From positions 128,001-192,000 of the forward strand of contig CAVXWP010000016.1 of assembly GCA_963765495.1 (NCBI GenBank): a stretch of 64,000 nt of DNA, written 5' to 3'. The position numbers were made by a program, and so were the translations under genes. This document shows, in pieces, positions 42,945-51,871 of this stretch. Positions within the stretch are counted from its first letter, which is position 1, and each line of letters begins with the position of its first letter. Below the pieces are notes generated by a model that saw only the letters and a list, made by a program, of their open reading frames with translations, was not told the DNA's origin and searched no databases. Origin of the DNA: Blastocatellia bacterium. GTDB taxonomy: Bacteria; Acidobacteriota; Blastocatellia; UBA7656.

Positions 42945-43035
42945 CTCGTGATTCGTGATTGACCAAACTTGCAAGATGCCTTTGACATGCAGGCTTCTTA
43001 AAAGTCACGAATCACGAATCACTCTTCACGCATCA
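42941..43035. repeat. Family A element (copy 3); includes the TGA stop of the decaheme gene
   Basis: gTGActcgtgattcgtgatt-gaccaaacttgcaagatgcctttgacatgcaggcttcttaaaa-gtcacgaatcacgaatcactcttcacgcatca. Confidence 0.85.
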
Positions 43036-43050
43036 GATCGAGGGATTGAT

Positions 43051-43608
43051 ATGAGATTGAAGCTGGCTGTTCTTACGATATACGCGCTAGGCGTGATTAC
43101 GCCCGCGGCTTTGATGGCCGGACCCGCTGCCTCCGAGGATCAGGGCAACAGGGACAGCTATCAGAGTAAGAACCCCATTATCATGCTCAACACCAAGGGC
43201 GTGCGCACGCGCGGCCCTGTGCGCTTTGACCACGACGAACACGATTCGCTCATCAATCCCGACCCGAATAATCCTCACCCGGCTAAAGAGGGCGCGGCCT
43301 GCATAGGATGTCATCACACGGAGGACGCGCGCGGCATCGTGCAGTTGTGGAAATGCACTTCGTGCCACAAGACCGAAGGCGGGGGCGACGGGAAATTCAT
43401 AAACACAAAGAACAAGGACTGCGATCAATCGGGCAATCCCAAGAATCGCGAATGCGACGAGGTCTATTTCGAGCGGGCCTTTCACGACAAATGCATAAGC
43501 TGTCATATAGCGTCGAATAAAGAGTTCACCCTGAAGCAACCCGCGCCCGTGACGTGCGGCGGCTGCCACGAGTCTTTAGGAGCGAGCGCGGCCATGAATT
43601 CTAAATAG
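43051..43608 (+). CDS. Periplasmic tetraheme cytochrome c3 (class III)
   Basis: Signal peptide; FDHDEH, CIGCHH, CTSCH, AFHDKCISCH, CGGCH. Paralog of the N-terminal domain of 36197-38551. Confidence 0.88.
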   Translation: MRLKLAVLTIYALGVITPAALMAGPAASEDQGNRDSYQSKNPIIMLNTKGVRTRGPVRFDHDEHDSLINPDPNNPHPAKEGAACIGCHHTEDARGIVQLWKCTSCHKTEGGGDGKFINTKNKDCDQSGNPKNRECDEVYFERAFHDKCISCHIASNKEFTLKQPAPVTCGGCHESLGASAAMNSK

Positions 43609-43709
43609 CACGAATTCTAAATAGGAAGTTGGACCGGATTTGAGGTGTAATTAGGGGCTGTCCGAATTTTGCTATGACAGGTGGCAGTCATCTGGAGGAT
43701 TACCAGACC

Positions 43710-44693
43710 ATGCTGGGAACGAAAAGGATAGTACTCGCTTTAGGCTGTCTGTTGTTGATGGGGGCGTATTTCGGATTTACGCCGTCCGAGGCTAGTGAAA
43801 CCGACGCGCTCGTTTCCCAGCCCGTTCAGGGCGCGAGGCGAAACGCCAGCTTTCCACACGAAAAACAGAAGCACTCCGAGCTCGATTGCTCGAAATGTCA
43901 CCGGGTCACAAATCAGCCGCCCTTCGATGTCAAATCTCCCACGAGCGGTTCGGTTTATCCGGGGCACGCAAGCTGCGCGGGGTGTCACAACTTTGCCCAG
44001 ATGTTTTTCACGCAGCCGCAGTTTTGCGCCATCTGTCACAACGGAAGAGCCGTATCCCGTTCACAGCCCGCGCTCTTTGACCGCATCCCCAAGGCCGACC
44101 GCCCGAGCGATTTCGGATTGGATTTTTCACACGTCAATCACAAAAAGTCGCTTCCGCAAAACATACAGATAGAGCGATTTGATGTTAAGCCGATCTCTCA
44201 TTTCGGAGACATGTTCCAGCCGGGCGACGCTCCTAAATGCACCGGCTGTCACGAACAGACCCGCCCCCTGCGCGACAACCCGGATGATATGCGGACGGCC
44301 ACGGGGCACACGGCCTGCTTTGTCTGCCACGGCGCAATTCCTTCGAGCGGACGGTTGAAAAGCGTAAAGGAATTTCCTTACATGAACGATTGCCGCGAGT
44401 GTCACGACCTGCGCGGAGGGCGCTCGCCGCATCTGTTTGCAAATTACCATATAATGGATTTCAGGCACGAGGACCACGATTACGACATACGCCCGAGAAC
44501 CAAACAGCAGATCCGCGAGATAAAAGCCGAGGATCGTTTGTGTTCCGAGTGCCACAAGTCTGCGGCTACGGCTGAAAGCCTCAATGCCATAAAGCTGCCG
44601 GAAGAAAATTACTGCAACCAGTGCCATAACGGTAAGATCGGGCTGCCCGATCCTCTGGCTCAGGATGTTATGGATACGCTTAGAAGGCGTTAA
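43710..44693 (+). CDS. Periplasmic octaheme c-type cytochrome (repeated triheme c7-like modules)
   Basis: Signal peptide; 8 CxxCH arranged 3+3+2, each module preceded by FxHxxH. Confidence 0.85.
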   Translation: MLGTKRIVLALGCLLLMGAYFGFTPSEASETDALVSQPVQGARRNASFPHEKQKHSELDCSKCHRVTNQPPFDVKSPTSGSVYPGHASCAGCHNFAQMFFTQPQFCAICHNGRAVSRSQPALFDRIPKADRPSDFGLDFSHVNHKKSLPQNIQIERFDVKPISHFGDMFQPGDAPKCTGCHEQTRPLRDNPDDMRTATGHTACFVCHGAIPSSGRLKSVKEFPYMNDCRECHDLRGGRSPHLFANYHIMDFRHEDHDYDIRPRTKQQIREIKAEDRLCSECHKSAATAESLNAIKLPEENYCNQCHNGKIGLPDPLAQDVMDTLRRR

Positions 44694-44713
44694 ACCGATA
44701 GGGCGGTAATGAC

Positions 44714-45724
44714 ATGAGAAACGATACAGCGACAAGGCTCAAGCAAATAGTTCTGGCGATAACCGTGACACTTCTCATAGCGGGGGTCGCCTGCCGCAGC
44801 ACACAGCAGAATTTGAATAAACCGCCCGAAAACACAAATGGAAACTCAAACACCGCAGCGCCCGTCGACACAGGCATAATCACGGCCGAATCGCCCGTGG
44901 TCCGCACCTCGACTTTTGACCATTTCAGGGCCGAGCACCGGGTGGGGGCTGATGCGAAGATAAAAGACTGCGCCGTCTGCCATAAGAGAGACACCGCCGC
45001 GCCCTCAGACCCGCAGGTAAAACAGCCGAACCGGGATGGCTGGACGCCTTATCACGATTCTTGCGAGGTCTGTCATAACAAAGAGAATTTCCGCGAAACA
45101 TCGGCAACCGTACTGAAAGAAAAACCCCTCTGCGCGGGGTGCCACAAGGCGGAGGGCAACCAGATCGCCATATCTTCGGGCGGCGGGTTGAAAGGCGTCG
45201 TGATCGATTACCCGAAAGTGGAGACCGAATTCGGCATCAAAGGCGGCGCGAAAGGCTTCTCTCATAAGACTCACATGGACCTGCAAAAGATGGCCAACGA
45301 AGGCCAGGAAGTCAAATGCGAGACCTGTCACCAGTTCGGCAACAGAGGCATTCAGGCCTCCTTCCCGGAGCACCCGAACTGCTTTGGCTGTCACAGCCAT
45401 CAGGCCGGGCAGAAATTCGGCTCCTGCGACGTTTGTCACGTAAAGGCGCAGATGGCCGTAAGCTTCAGCCCCGGGACGGGGACGGCAGCCCGGCTGTATA
45501 ATTTCAGACACAGCAACTCTCATTTGAAGGCGGCAAACTGCGACCGATGTCATAAGACGAGGGAGATAGAAGCTCAGGCTGAAACCGATACGAAACCTCC
45601 TACCGATATAATGCAAATCAGCACGGCGCGAGGACAACGACACACTTCAGCCTGCTGGAGTTGTCACAGCCAGGCGCGTGAAACCGTTTGTACGAAATGC
45701 CATGTCGGGTCCCTGCCATTCTAA
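44714..45724 (+). CDS. Nonaheme c-type cytochrome, probable lipoprotein
   Basis: Hydrophobic leader ending GVAC plus Asn/Thr-rich tether; 9 CxxCH arranged 3+3+3. Confidence 0.85.
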   Translation: MRNDTATRLKQIVLAITVTLLIAGVACRSTQQNLNKPPENTNGNSNTAAPVDTGIITAESPVVRTSTFDHFRAEHRVGADAKIKDCAVCHKRDTAAPSDPQVKQPNRDGWTPYHDSCEVCHNKENFRETSATVLKEKPLCAGCHKAEGNQIAISSGGGLKGVVIDYPKVETEFGIKGGAKGFSHKTHMDLQKMANEGQEVKCETCHQFGNRGIQASFPEHPNCFGCHSHQAGQKFGSCDVCHVKAQMAVSFSPGTGTAARLYNFRHSNSHLKAANCDRCHKTREIEAQAETDTKPPTDIMQISTARGQRHTSACWSCHSQARETVCTKCHVGSLPF

Positions 45725-45782
45725 ATTCAACAGGTCTTTTACGGCGCATCCTCGGCTAAGGGACGGGCCAGGCCAAACAACA

Positions 45783-45811
45783 TTGACTCAAGAATGCCCG
45801 TGGTGTATCGT
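45783..45811 (+). promoter_or_regulatory. Internal sigma70-like promoter before the cNMP/Fe-S gene
   Basis: TTGACT-17 nt-TATCGT; AGAGGTGG RBS before ATG 45886. Confidence 0.5.
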
Positions 45812-45885
45812 CCCTACCAAACCTTCCTGGTTTGATCCGGGGGATCATCAGGCTTGATTTCTTTTCCGAACAGAGGTGGTATTTT

Positions 45886-48324
45886 ATGGCGCAAGAACGC
45901 AAAAGCCGGCGCGAGGTACTCGACGCAATCAAAACCATCCCTTCGATAGCCGAGCTTTTATCGGCTCACGAAGGCCATTACGAACACGAGCTTGACCTTG
46001 AAGTCACCGTTTACGGGCGCAATTATGGCGGTAAGAAGGTCGGCCCCTATGTCCGCCTGCTCAGCTACGACCCGGGAGAGGCTGTGATTAAGGAAGGCGA
46101 CTGGGGCGGGAATACATTTTACATTGTAGCCGGCGGCCACGTGGATGTTTTTATAAATGCCCCCGGTCAGGGCGAAGTCAAAGTGGCGGAATTGCCCTCC
46201 GGCACTCAATTCGGAGAGATGAGCGTGCTTGCCGGTGTGCCTCGTAACGCCACGGTTAGGGCGCCTGCCGCGGGCCCCGCACAGGTGCTTGAAGTTCAGC
46301 GCCCGGCCCTGCGCCTGCTTCGCAAACTCCCAAAGTTCAGCGAGAGCCTCGATAAGACATATCGCTCGCACGGCAGAAATGCAACGATCGAAGATCTGAA
46401 GCTTCTCTTCGACATACCCGGAGAGCTTGCCGAGGACATCAAAAACATGTCGCTCTTCAGGGTCTTCTCAAAAAACCACGTCCTCTTCCGCGAAAACGCC
46501 GCCATCGACCGCATCTACGTGATAAAAGAGGGATGGATTCGCCGCAGCAAAGAGACGGGCGAAGTCGAAACGGAAGACTTCCTCGGCAAGGGCTATTGTC
46601 TGGGCGTAGAGGGGTTGTCGCAAAGCGCATCCTGGCCATACACCGTCACATTGCTCGGACGAACCGAGGTGCTTGAAATTTCGCTTCTCAGGCTTCGCCA
46701 GAACCCGGAACTCTTAAATGCCATTGCTAAAGGGATAGGCAGATTCGCGCCGCCGCCTTTTATGGCAAAGGTGAGCGAATTTAAGCCCGAAGTCCGCGAT
46801 AAGATTTTGGCCGCGCAGGAGAGCCTTATAGACACGGGCCTCGTCGATGGAAACAACCTGCTCGTCATGGACATGGACCTCTGCGTCAGATGCGGCAACT
46901 GCTCGCTTGCCTGTCACAAGATTCACGGCCAGTCGCGGCTGCTCAGAAGAGGCGTCCACGTGACCCGGCTCGACCGGCCGCGCCCGAGCGCCGTTCAAAG
47001 CATACTCTCTCCATCTGTCTGCATGCACTGCAAAGACCCCGAATGCCTGACCGGATGCCCTACGGGGTCGATAGGCAGGTTCGGCGCGGGGCAGGTAGAC
47101 ATCGACGCGAAGACCTGCATAGGCTGCGGCGATTGCGCCACCCAGTGCCCTTACAACGCCATCTCGCTGATTCCACGCAAACCGCCCGAAGCGGTAAAGA
47201 GCAACGGCGGATTTGCGGGTAAACTGCGCGATCTTTTAAGGCTTTCGCCCGACCCGCTCCCGCCCCCCGTAGAGACTACGGACAATCTGGTAGCCGTCAA
47301 ATGCAATCTCTGCAATAACACTCCGATAAATCCTCCGGGCAGCAAACGTCAGGCTTATAGCTGTGAAGAGAACTGCCCGACAGGGGCGCTTGCCCGCGTC
47401 AACCCGAGAGAGTATTTCAGCGAAATAGGCAATATCGAAGGGCTGATGTTGATGGATCAGACCCACGCTTACGGGCGCAATATTCATCAGTCCGATCCGC
47501 CAAAACGACTCACTCACATCGCAGGCATTCTGCTGACCGTGCTTCTGACTGCCGGAACCATATTGGGTATAGAACGCTACGGGCTTGGCGAACGTCTCTT
47601 CAGTTTCCTCAACATGCGCTGGATCACGGGGCTTGTCGGCCTCTTAGGCATCGCGGTCGTGATGACCTATCCCGTGCGCCGTCAGATGTACCGTCGCCGC
47701 GCGGGAGCCTTGCGTTACTGGATGCTCATACATTCTTATGTGGGAGTCATCGCGGGGCTTATGATACTGCTGCACGGCGGCACAAGTTCGGGCGGGTTGC
47801 TCACGACGGCGCTCATGATAAGCTGGGACCTCGTGATATTCACGGGTCTTTTTGGCATCTTCGCTTATCTGATCGGGCCTCGGATACTGACAAAGATCGA
47901 AGGCTCACCGCTTCTGATCGACGATCTGAAGACACGGCGCGAAGAGTTGCAAAAAGAGATAGCAACGATAGCAAGCTCGCCAAACGGGCAGCTTCACAAT
48001 CTGGTCAGAAACAAAGTCGTGCCGCACTTTGTCAACTTCGGATATCTGCTCAGACAGTATCTGAAGCGCGAGAACATTGATGAGATGCTTGAATCAGCCA
48101 AAGCCGAATTCAGTTCCGACGCCGCGACGCTTGCCGACGAAAAAGACCGGCGCAAGCTGCTGCGCGCAGTCGAAGCGGCGGCAACCCTGCGCAGAGTCGA
48201 CGCGCTCATCTACATCCATCGCGGTCTGAAGCTCTGGCTCATTCCACACGTAGCCTCAACTTCGCTAATGCTCGCGCTCATGACAGTTCACATAATACAG
48301 GTCATCTATTACGCATCGCGCTAG
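45886..48324 (+). CDS. Two cNMP-binding domains + DmsB/NrfC-like 4x[4Fe-4S] domain + di-heme-b (ferric-reductase-like) membrane domain
   Basis: FGEMSVLAGVPRNATVRA; CVRCGNCSLAC, CMHCKDPECLTGCP, CIGCGDCATQCP, CNLC...CEENCP; TM helices with two His pairs 14 residues apart (WMLIH...LLH, IPH...TVH). Confidence 0.82.
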   Translation: MAQERKSRREVLDAIKTIPSIAELLSAHEGHYEHELDLEVTVYGRNYGGKKVGPYVRLLSYDPGEAVIKEGDWGGNTFYIVAGGHVDVFINAPGQGEVKVAELPSGTQFGEMSVLAGVPRNATVRAPAAGPAQVLEVQRPALRLLRKLPKFSESLDKTYRSHGRNATIEDLKLLFDIPGELAEDIKNMSLFRVFSKNHVLFRENAAIDRIYVIKEGWIRRSKETGEVETEDFLGKGYCLGVEGLSQSASWPYTVTLLGRTEVLEISLLRLRQNPELLNAIAKGIGRFAPPPFMAKVSEFKPEVRDKILAAQESLIDTGLVDGNNLLVMDMDLCVRCGNCSLACHKIHGQSRLLRRGVHVTRLDRPRPSAVQSILSPSVCMHCKDPECLTGCPTGSIGRFGAGQVDIDAKTCIGCGDCATQCPYNAISLIPRKPPEAVKSNGGFAGKLRDLLRLSPDPLPPPVETTDNLVAVKCNLCNNTPINPPGSKRQAYSCEENCPTGALARVNPREYFSEIGNIEGLMLMDQTHAYGRNIHQSDPPKRLTHIAGILLTVLLTAGTILGIERYGLGERLFSFLNMRWITGLVGLLGIAVVMTYPVRRQMYRRRAGALRYWMLIHSYVGVIAGLMILLHGGTSSGGLLTTALMISWDLVIFTGLFGIFAYLIGPRILTKIEGSPLLIDDLKTRREELQKEIATIASSPNGQLHNLVRNKVVPHFVNFGYLLRQYLKRENIDEMLESAKAEFSSDAATLADEKDRRKLLRAVEAAATLRRVDALIYIHRGLKLWLIPHVASTSLMLALMTVHIIQVIYYASR

Positions 48325-48374
48325 GCTCGTCTGAAAGACGACCGGGCGAAGCAACAAGCCAGAGGATAGCCATC

Positions 48375-51300
48375 ATGGCCAAGAACATATTCATCATCAA
48401 AAGGACGGATAAGGATAGCGGCGTTGACGATGTCGTTATCGAAAGCGAAGGCTTAACCATAGGACGGCTCGTCGGTAACGACCTCGTCCTAAACCACAGG
48501 GCCGTGTCCAGAACCCACGCCGGGATAAAAGAGATCAACGGCGAATTCTGGATATTCAATCTCTCAACCTCTAACGGGACGGTGCTAAACGGCCAACTGG
48601 CTGACAAGACGCCGCTCGCCGACGGGGACGTGCTTCAGATAGGCCCTTATATGCTCGTGATTGAATACGGCAAGAACGCGCTCTCGATAATCGTTCAAAG
48701 AGAGATCGAGGTCAATCCGCTCGAGGCATATGGAGCGGCGCAGTCGGCAGGCGCGGACGAAACCGGAAAGACCATGATGATCCAGATACCGGGTCTTGCG
48801 GGCAAAATTCCGGGCGGCACAAAAAGCATCAGAGGCACAGGGCTTCTCGGCAATGTGCTTCCCTCGATGGATCAGGCGGCGCTCGATGTCTTCTGGGAGA
48901 AGAGAAAAAGAGAGGCAGGCAAGATCGCCGAAGTCACGCCGCTTCATCCGAAGGGGGGCGAACGACTCGGGAGAGCCAGAAACAACTGGCGTCCTACGGT
49001 TGATCTGCGGAGGCTGTGGCGCAAGTCTTACTTCTATCTTGGCGCGGCCGTCGTCGTGTTGCTTTCGATTATCGCGATAATCATCTATGAGAGCGCATAT
49101 TCGCCCGGCTCGCTGGCCGACCCGCACGTGCGCGCGATGGATCAGAGCGCGCTCTTTACGCGAAATATCGCCAGCCGCGAAAACGCCAATTCGTGCTCCA
49201 CGTGCCACGGCGTCACAACAGGTATGCTCGACAACTGCATAACCTGTCATACGACTACGACCACGGGCGCGAGCGGCGCGACGAAGGCCGGGTTTTTGCC
49301 CCGCACCCTGATCGCAGGGCACAATAATCAGAACCTCGTATGCACCGACTGCCACATCGAGCATCAGGGGAGAGATGTTACAGCGGGTCTTGTGAGCTAC
49401 CGCCTCTGCTACAACTGTCACAACGGCGTTTACACGATCAAGAACGCGGGCAAGATCGGGCCTGCCGGTTCTGTGCTCCCCATTCCGCACGGCGGCAAGA
49501 CCGGATACACGGAACTGAGCACCGAGACAAAAGGCGGAAAATACTGGCCGGGGCTTTCCGCCGCGAGATGGGAAAAATCTATCGCCCGGTGGAGGGCGAA
49601 AGACCCCAACATCATCGCCGACGCGAAGAGTCTGGAAAACAGCCCCTCAAATCAGCAGTTTCACAAACTGCACCTCGGCGGCATAGGAATAGAAGGCAAG
49701 CAGAACAACCAGATATGCGCCATATGCCACTTCGATCAAAGCGGCAAAAATCTCGACACACAGACCAATTACGGTTTGCACGAAGCGCCGCGCCTGTCCT
49801 GCGCCAAGTGCCATACGGTCTCATACACGGTCGCGGGGGCAGCAAGTCAGGTCCCGGCAAGTTGCGAGACCTGTCATCAACAGCACGGCGCTGACGAAGG
49901 CATCCTCAACACGGCAAAGATCGTAGCCGACCCCGGCAAAGAACAGGAGTTTCTGGCTTCGCTCAACAAACCCGCGGCGGGACTCGAAAGTGGATTCCTG
50001 CCCTCGGCCGGGGCCATTGGAAGCGCCGATGTGATAAGGCAGAACAGAGATGTGGTCAGCCTTTCAAGCGCCGCTTCCAGTTTCGGCGCGCTTCCCTGGT
50101 ACGGGTGGGTGGCGGTCATCGGCATCATCCCCATCGCGGGTCTCGTCTTTATGTTCACCGACACGGCCCGCCGCAAATCTTATTTGAAGACGACTAAAAT
50201 AGAGGTCAAACCCGAGGATGAGGCGGCACTTGCGCTGACGGGTCTGCTCGACCTCGACAAACTGAAAGAGCAGGGACCGGCCTATCCTCACCCGGTCATA
50301 AACCAAATGACGTGCATAGGCTGTCACGCCTGCGTTGATGCCTGCCCTCACGATGTACTGGCAATCGTCAACGGAAAGTCTACGCCCATCGCGCTCGATC
50401 AGTGTATGGAAGACACCGCCTGTCAGGTCGAGTGCCCTACAAGTCCAAAATCCTGCATAGTAGTAAACACCAAGAAAGTGATTCCGCCGCGCAAGGTCCC
50501 GGCTCGTGACGGGCGGTTGGAGACCAACGTGCCGGGCATATATATGACGGGAGACGTTTCGGGTACGCCGCTTATCAAGAACGCCATAAACGAAGGGCGG
50601 AGGGTGATCGATTCCGTCAAGGAAGACCTTGAAAAGAACGGGCGCGCTCCGGGGGCGGATTATGATGTGGCAATCGTAGGATGCGGTCCGGCGGGATTGT
50701 CTGCGACGGTCCTTGCCAAAATAGAGGGGCTGAGTTATATCGCGGTGGAACAGGATCGTCTGGCCGGAATGATTCAGGAAGTCTATCAGGCAGGCAAGTT
50801 TGTCTTTTACACACCCGCCGATAAAGAAGTGGTCGGCGGCGTCCCGCTCCTCCCAGACCCCGACAAGCCCGAAGGAAATCTGAAAGAGAACATGCTCAAG
50901 GGCTGGTTCGACGCGATGATGCAAAACGGCGTGGTTGTAAATGAAGAGGAAGGATGCCGGGCGGTCAAGAGCGAAAACGGGTACTTCGTTCTTTCGACCG
51001 AAAAGGGCAAGTCGAAACAGAAGGTGGAGTACAAGGCTCGCAAGGTGATTCTCTCCATCGGCAATCGCGGAGCACCGATGAAACTCGGCGTTCCGGGCGA
51101 AGACCTAAAGATAACCGTCACGCCTCCGCCACAGATCGCCAATCACTGCCCGAAATGCGGGATGGCCCGCAAAGGCACCCAGCTTTTCTGCGTTCAGTGC
51201 GGGCAGCAACTCCCTTCAAAGACCCTGCCGCCTTTCGAGGACGACAGAGTGCAATACAAGCTCTCTGACCCGAAAGACTATGTCAACCGCAAGTGCATAG

Positions 51301-51674
51301 TCGTGGGCGCGGGCAATTCGGCCATAGAGGTAGCCGTAGGTCTTACAGGGTTTGAGCGCGACGGAGACAAGATCAATTTCACAAGCGACAACGAAGTCAC
51401 TTTGATCGTCCGCTCGGATTTCAAAGGAGACCTCGCTTTAGGAAACAAGATGAACGTCTATGATTGCATAGACTCGGGCCGCATGAAGGCATATTTCGGA
51501 TGCGGGATCAAAGAGGTGCTGCCCGGCGAGGTAGTCATAATGAACGCTCGCACAAAAGAAGAGAAGGCCCGCATCCCGAACGACTATATCTTCGCCCTGA
51601 TCGGTGCCGAAAAACCCATAAAATTCCTCGAAAGCATGGGCGTAAAGATCGGCGCGGAGGCAAAAAAGGGATGA
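48375..51674 (+). CDS. FHA + TM + heptaheme cytochrome c + TM + 2x[4Fe-4S] ferredoxin + thioredoxin-reductase-like FAD/NAD(P)H oxidoreductase fusion
   Basis: IGR..SRTH..SNGT FHA; 7 CxxCH between two TM helices; CIGCHACVDACP and CMEDTACQVECP; ETNVPGIYMTGD, VGCGPAGLSA, VVGAGNSAIEVA; inserted CPKC..CVQC ribbon. Confidence 0.85.
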   Translation: MAKNIFIIKRTDKDSGVDDVVIESEGLTIGRLVGNDLVLNHRAVSRTHAGIKEINGEFWIFNLSTSNGTVLNGQLADKTPLADGDVLQIGPYMLVIEYGKNALSIIVQREIEVNPLEAYGAAQSAGADETGKTMMIQIPGLAGKIPGGTKSIRGTGLLGNVLPSMDQAALDVFWEKRKREAGKIAEVTPLHPKGGERLGRARNNWRPTVDLRRLWRKSYFYLGAAVVVLLSIIAIIIYESAYSPGSLADPHVRAMDQSALFTRNIASRENANSCSTCHGVTTGMLDNCITCHTTTTTGASGATKAGFLPRTLIAGHNNQNLVCTDCHIEHQGRDVTAGLVSYRLCYNCHNGVYTIKNAGKIGPAGSVLPIPHGGKTGYTELSTETKGGKYWPGLSAARWEKSIARWRAKDPNIIADAKSLENSPSNQQFHKLHLGGIGIEGKQNNQICAICHFDQSGKNLDTQTNYGLHEAPRLSCAKCHTVSYTVAGAASQVPASCETCHQQHGADEGILNTAKIVADPGKEQEFLASLNKPAAGLESGFLPSAGAIGSADVIRQNRDVVSLSSAASSFGALPWYGWVAVIGIIPIAGLVFMFTDTARRKSYLKTTKIEVKPEDEAALALTGLLDLDKLKEQGPAYPHPVINQMTCIGCHACVDACPHDVLAIVNGKSTPIALDQCMEDTACQVECPTSPKSCIVVNTKKVIPPRKVPARDGRLETNVPGIYMTGDVSGTPLIKNAINEGRRVIDSVKEDLEKNGRAPGADYDVAIVGCGPAGLSATVLAKIEGLSYIAVEQDRLAGMIQEVYQAGKFVFYTPADKEVVGGVPLLPDPDKPEGNLKENMLKGWFDAMMQNGVVVNEEEGCRAVKSENGYFVLSTEKGKSKQKVEYKARKVILSIGNRGAPMKLGVPGEDLKITVTPPPQIANHCPKCGMARKGTQLFCVQCGQQLPSKTLPPFEDDRVQYKLSDPKDYVNRKCIVVGAGNSAIEVAVGLTGFERDGDKINFTSDNEVTLIVRSDFKGDLALGNKMNVYDCIDSGRMKAYFGCGIKEVLPGEVVIMNARTKEEKARIPNDYIFALIGAEKPIKFLESMGVKIGAEAKKG

Positions 51675-51813
51675 GGGATGAGGGATGAGGGATGAAAAGG
51701 ACTGTAGGGAATTATGCTGATGAAATGGTGAGCGGCTTTTTATCAGGGTGTCGCGCTAAACTCTTTTCATCCCTCATCCCTCCTGAAATCCCTCCGAAGT
51801 TCCTTCATCCTTT
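51668..51813. repeat. Family C element (copy 2); includes the TGA stop of the FHA-heme-flavoreductase gene
   Basis: gggaTGAgggatgagggatgagggatgaaaagg ... cttttcatccctcatccctcctgaaatccctccgaagttccttcatccttt. Confidence 0.88.
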
Positions 51814-51871
51814 CACTATATTGCTGTAGTATGTCAGGCAGGTTGAATCTGAGATAAAGGGAGGCAAAGGC

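Noticed and set aside
36197-45724. Assignment to MtrCAB, OmcS, NrfA, HAO or Hmc
   Set aside because: Heme counts, spacing and partner domains do not fit: no MtrA-like decaheme pattern, no CxxCK, and no NrfD/NapC quinol oxidoreductase.
50313-50350. CIGCH in the 48375 protein counted as an eighth heme site
   Set aside because: It is part of CxxCxxCxxxCP (CIGCHACVDACP), a ferredoxin motif on the cytoplasmic side of TM2.
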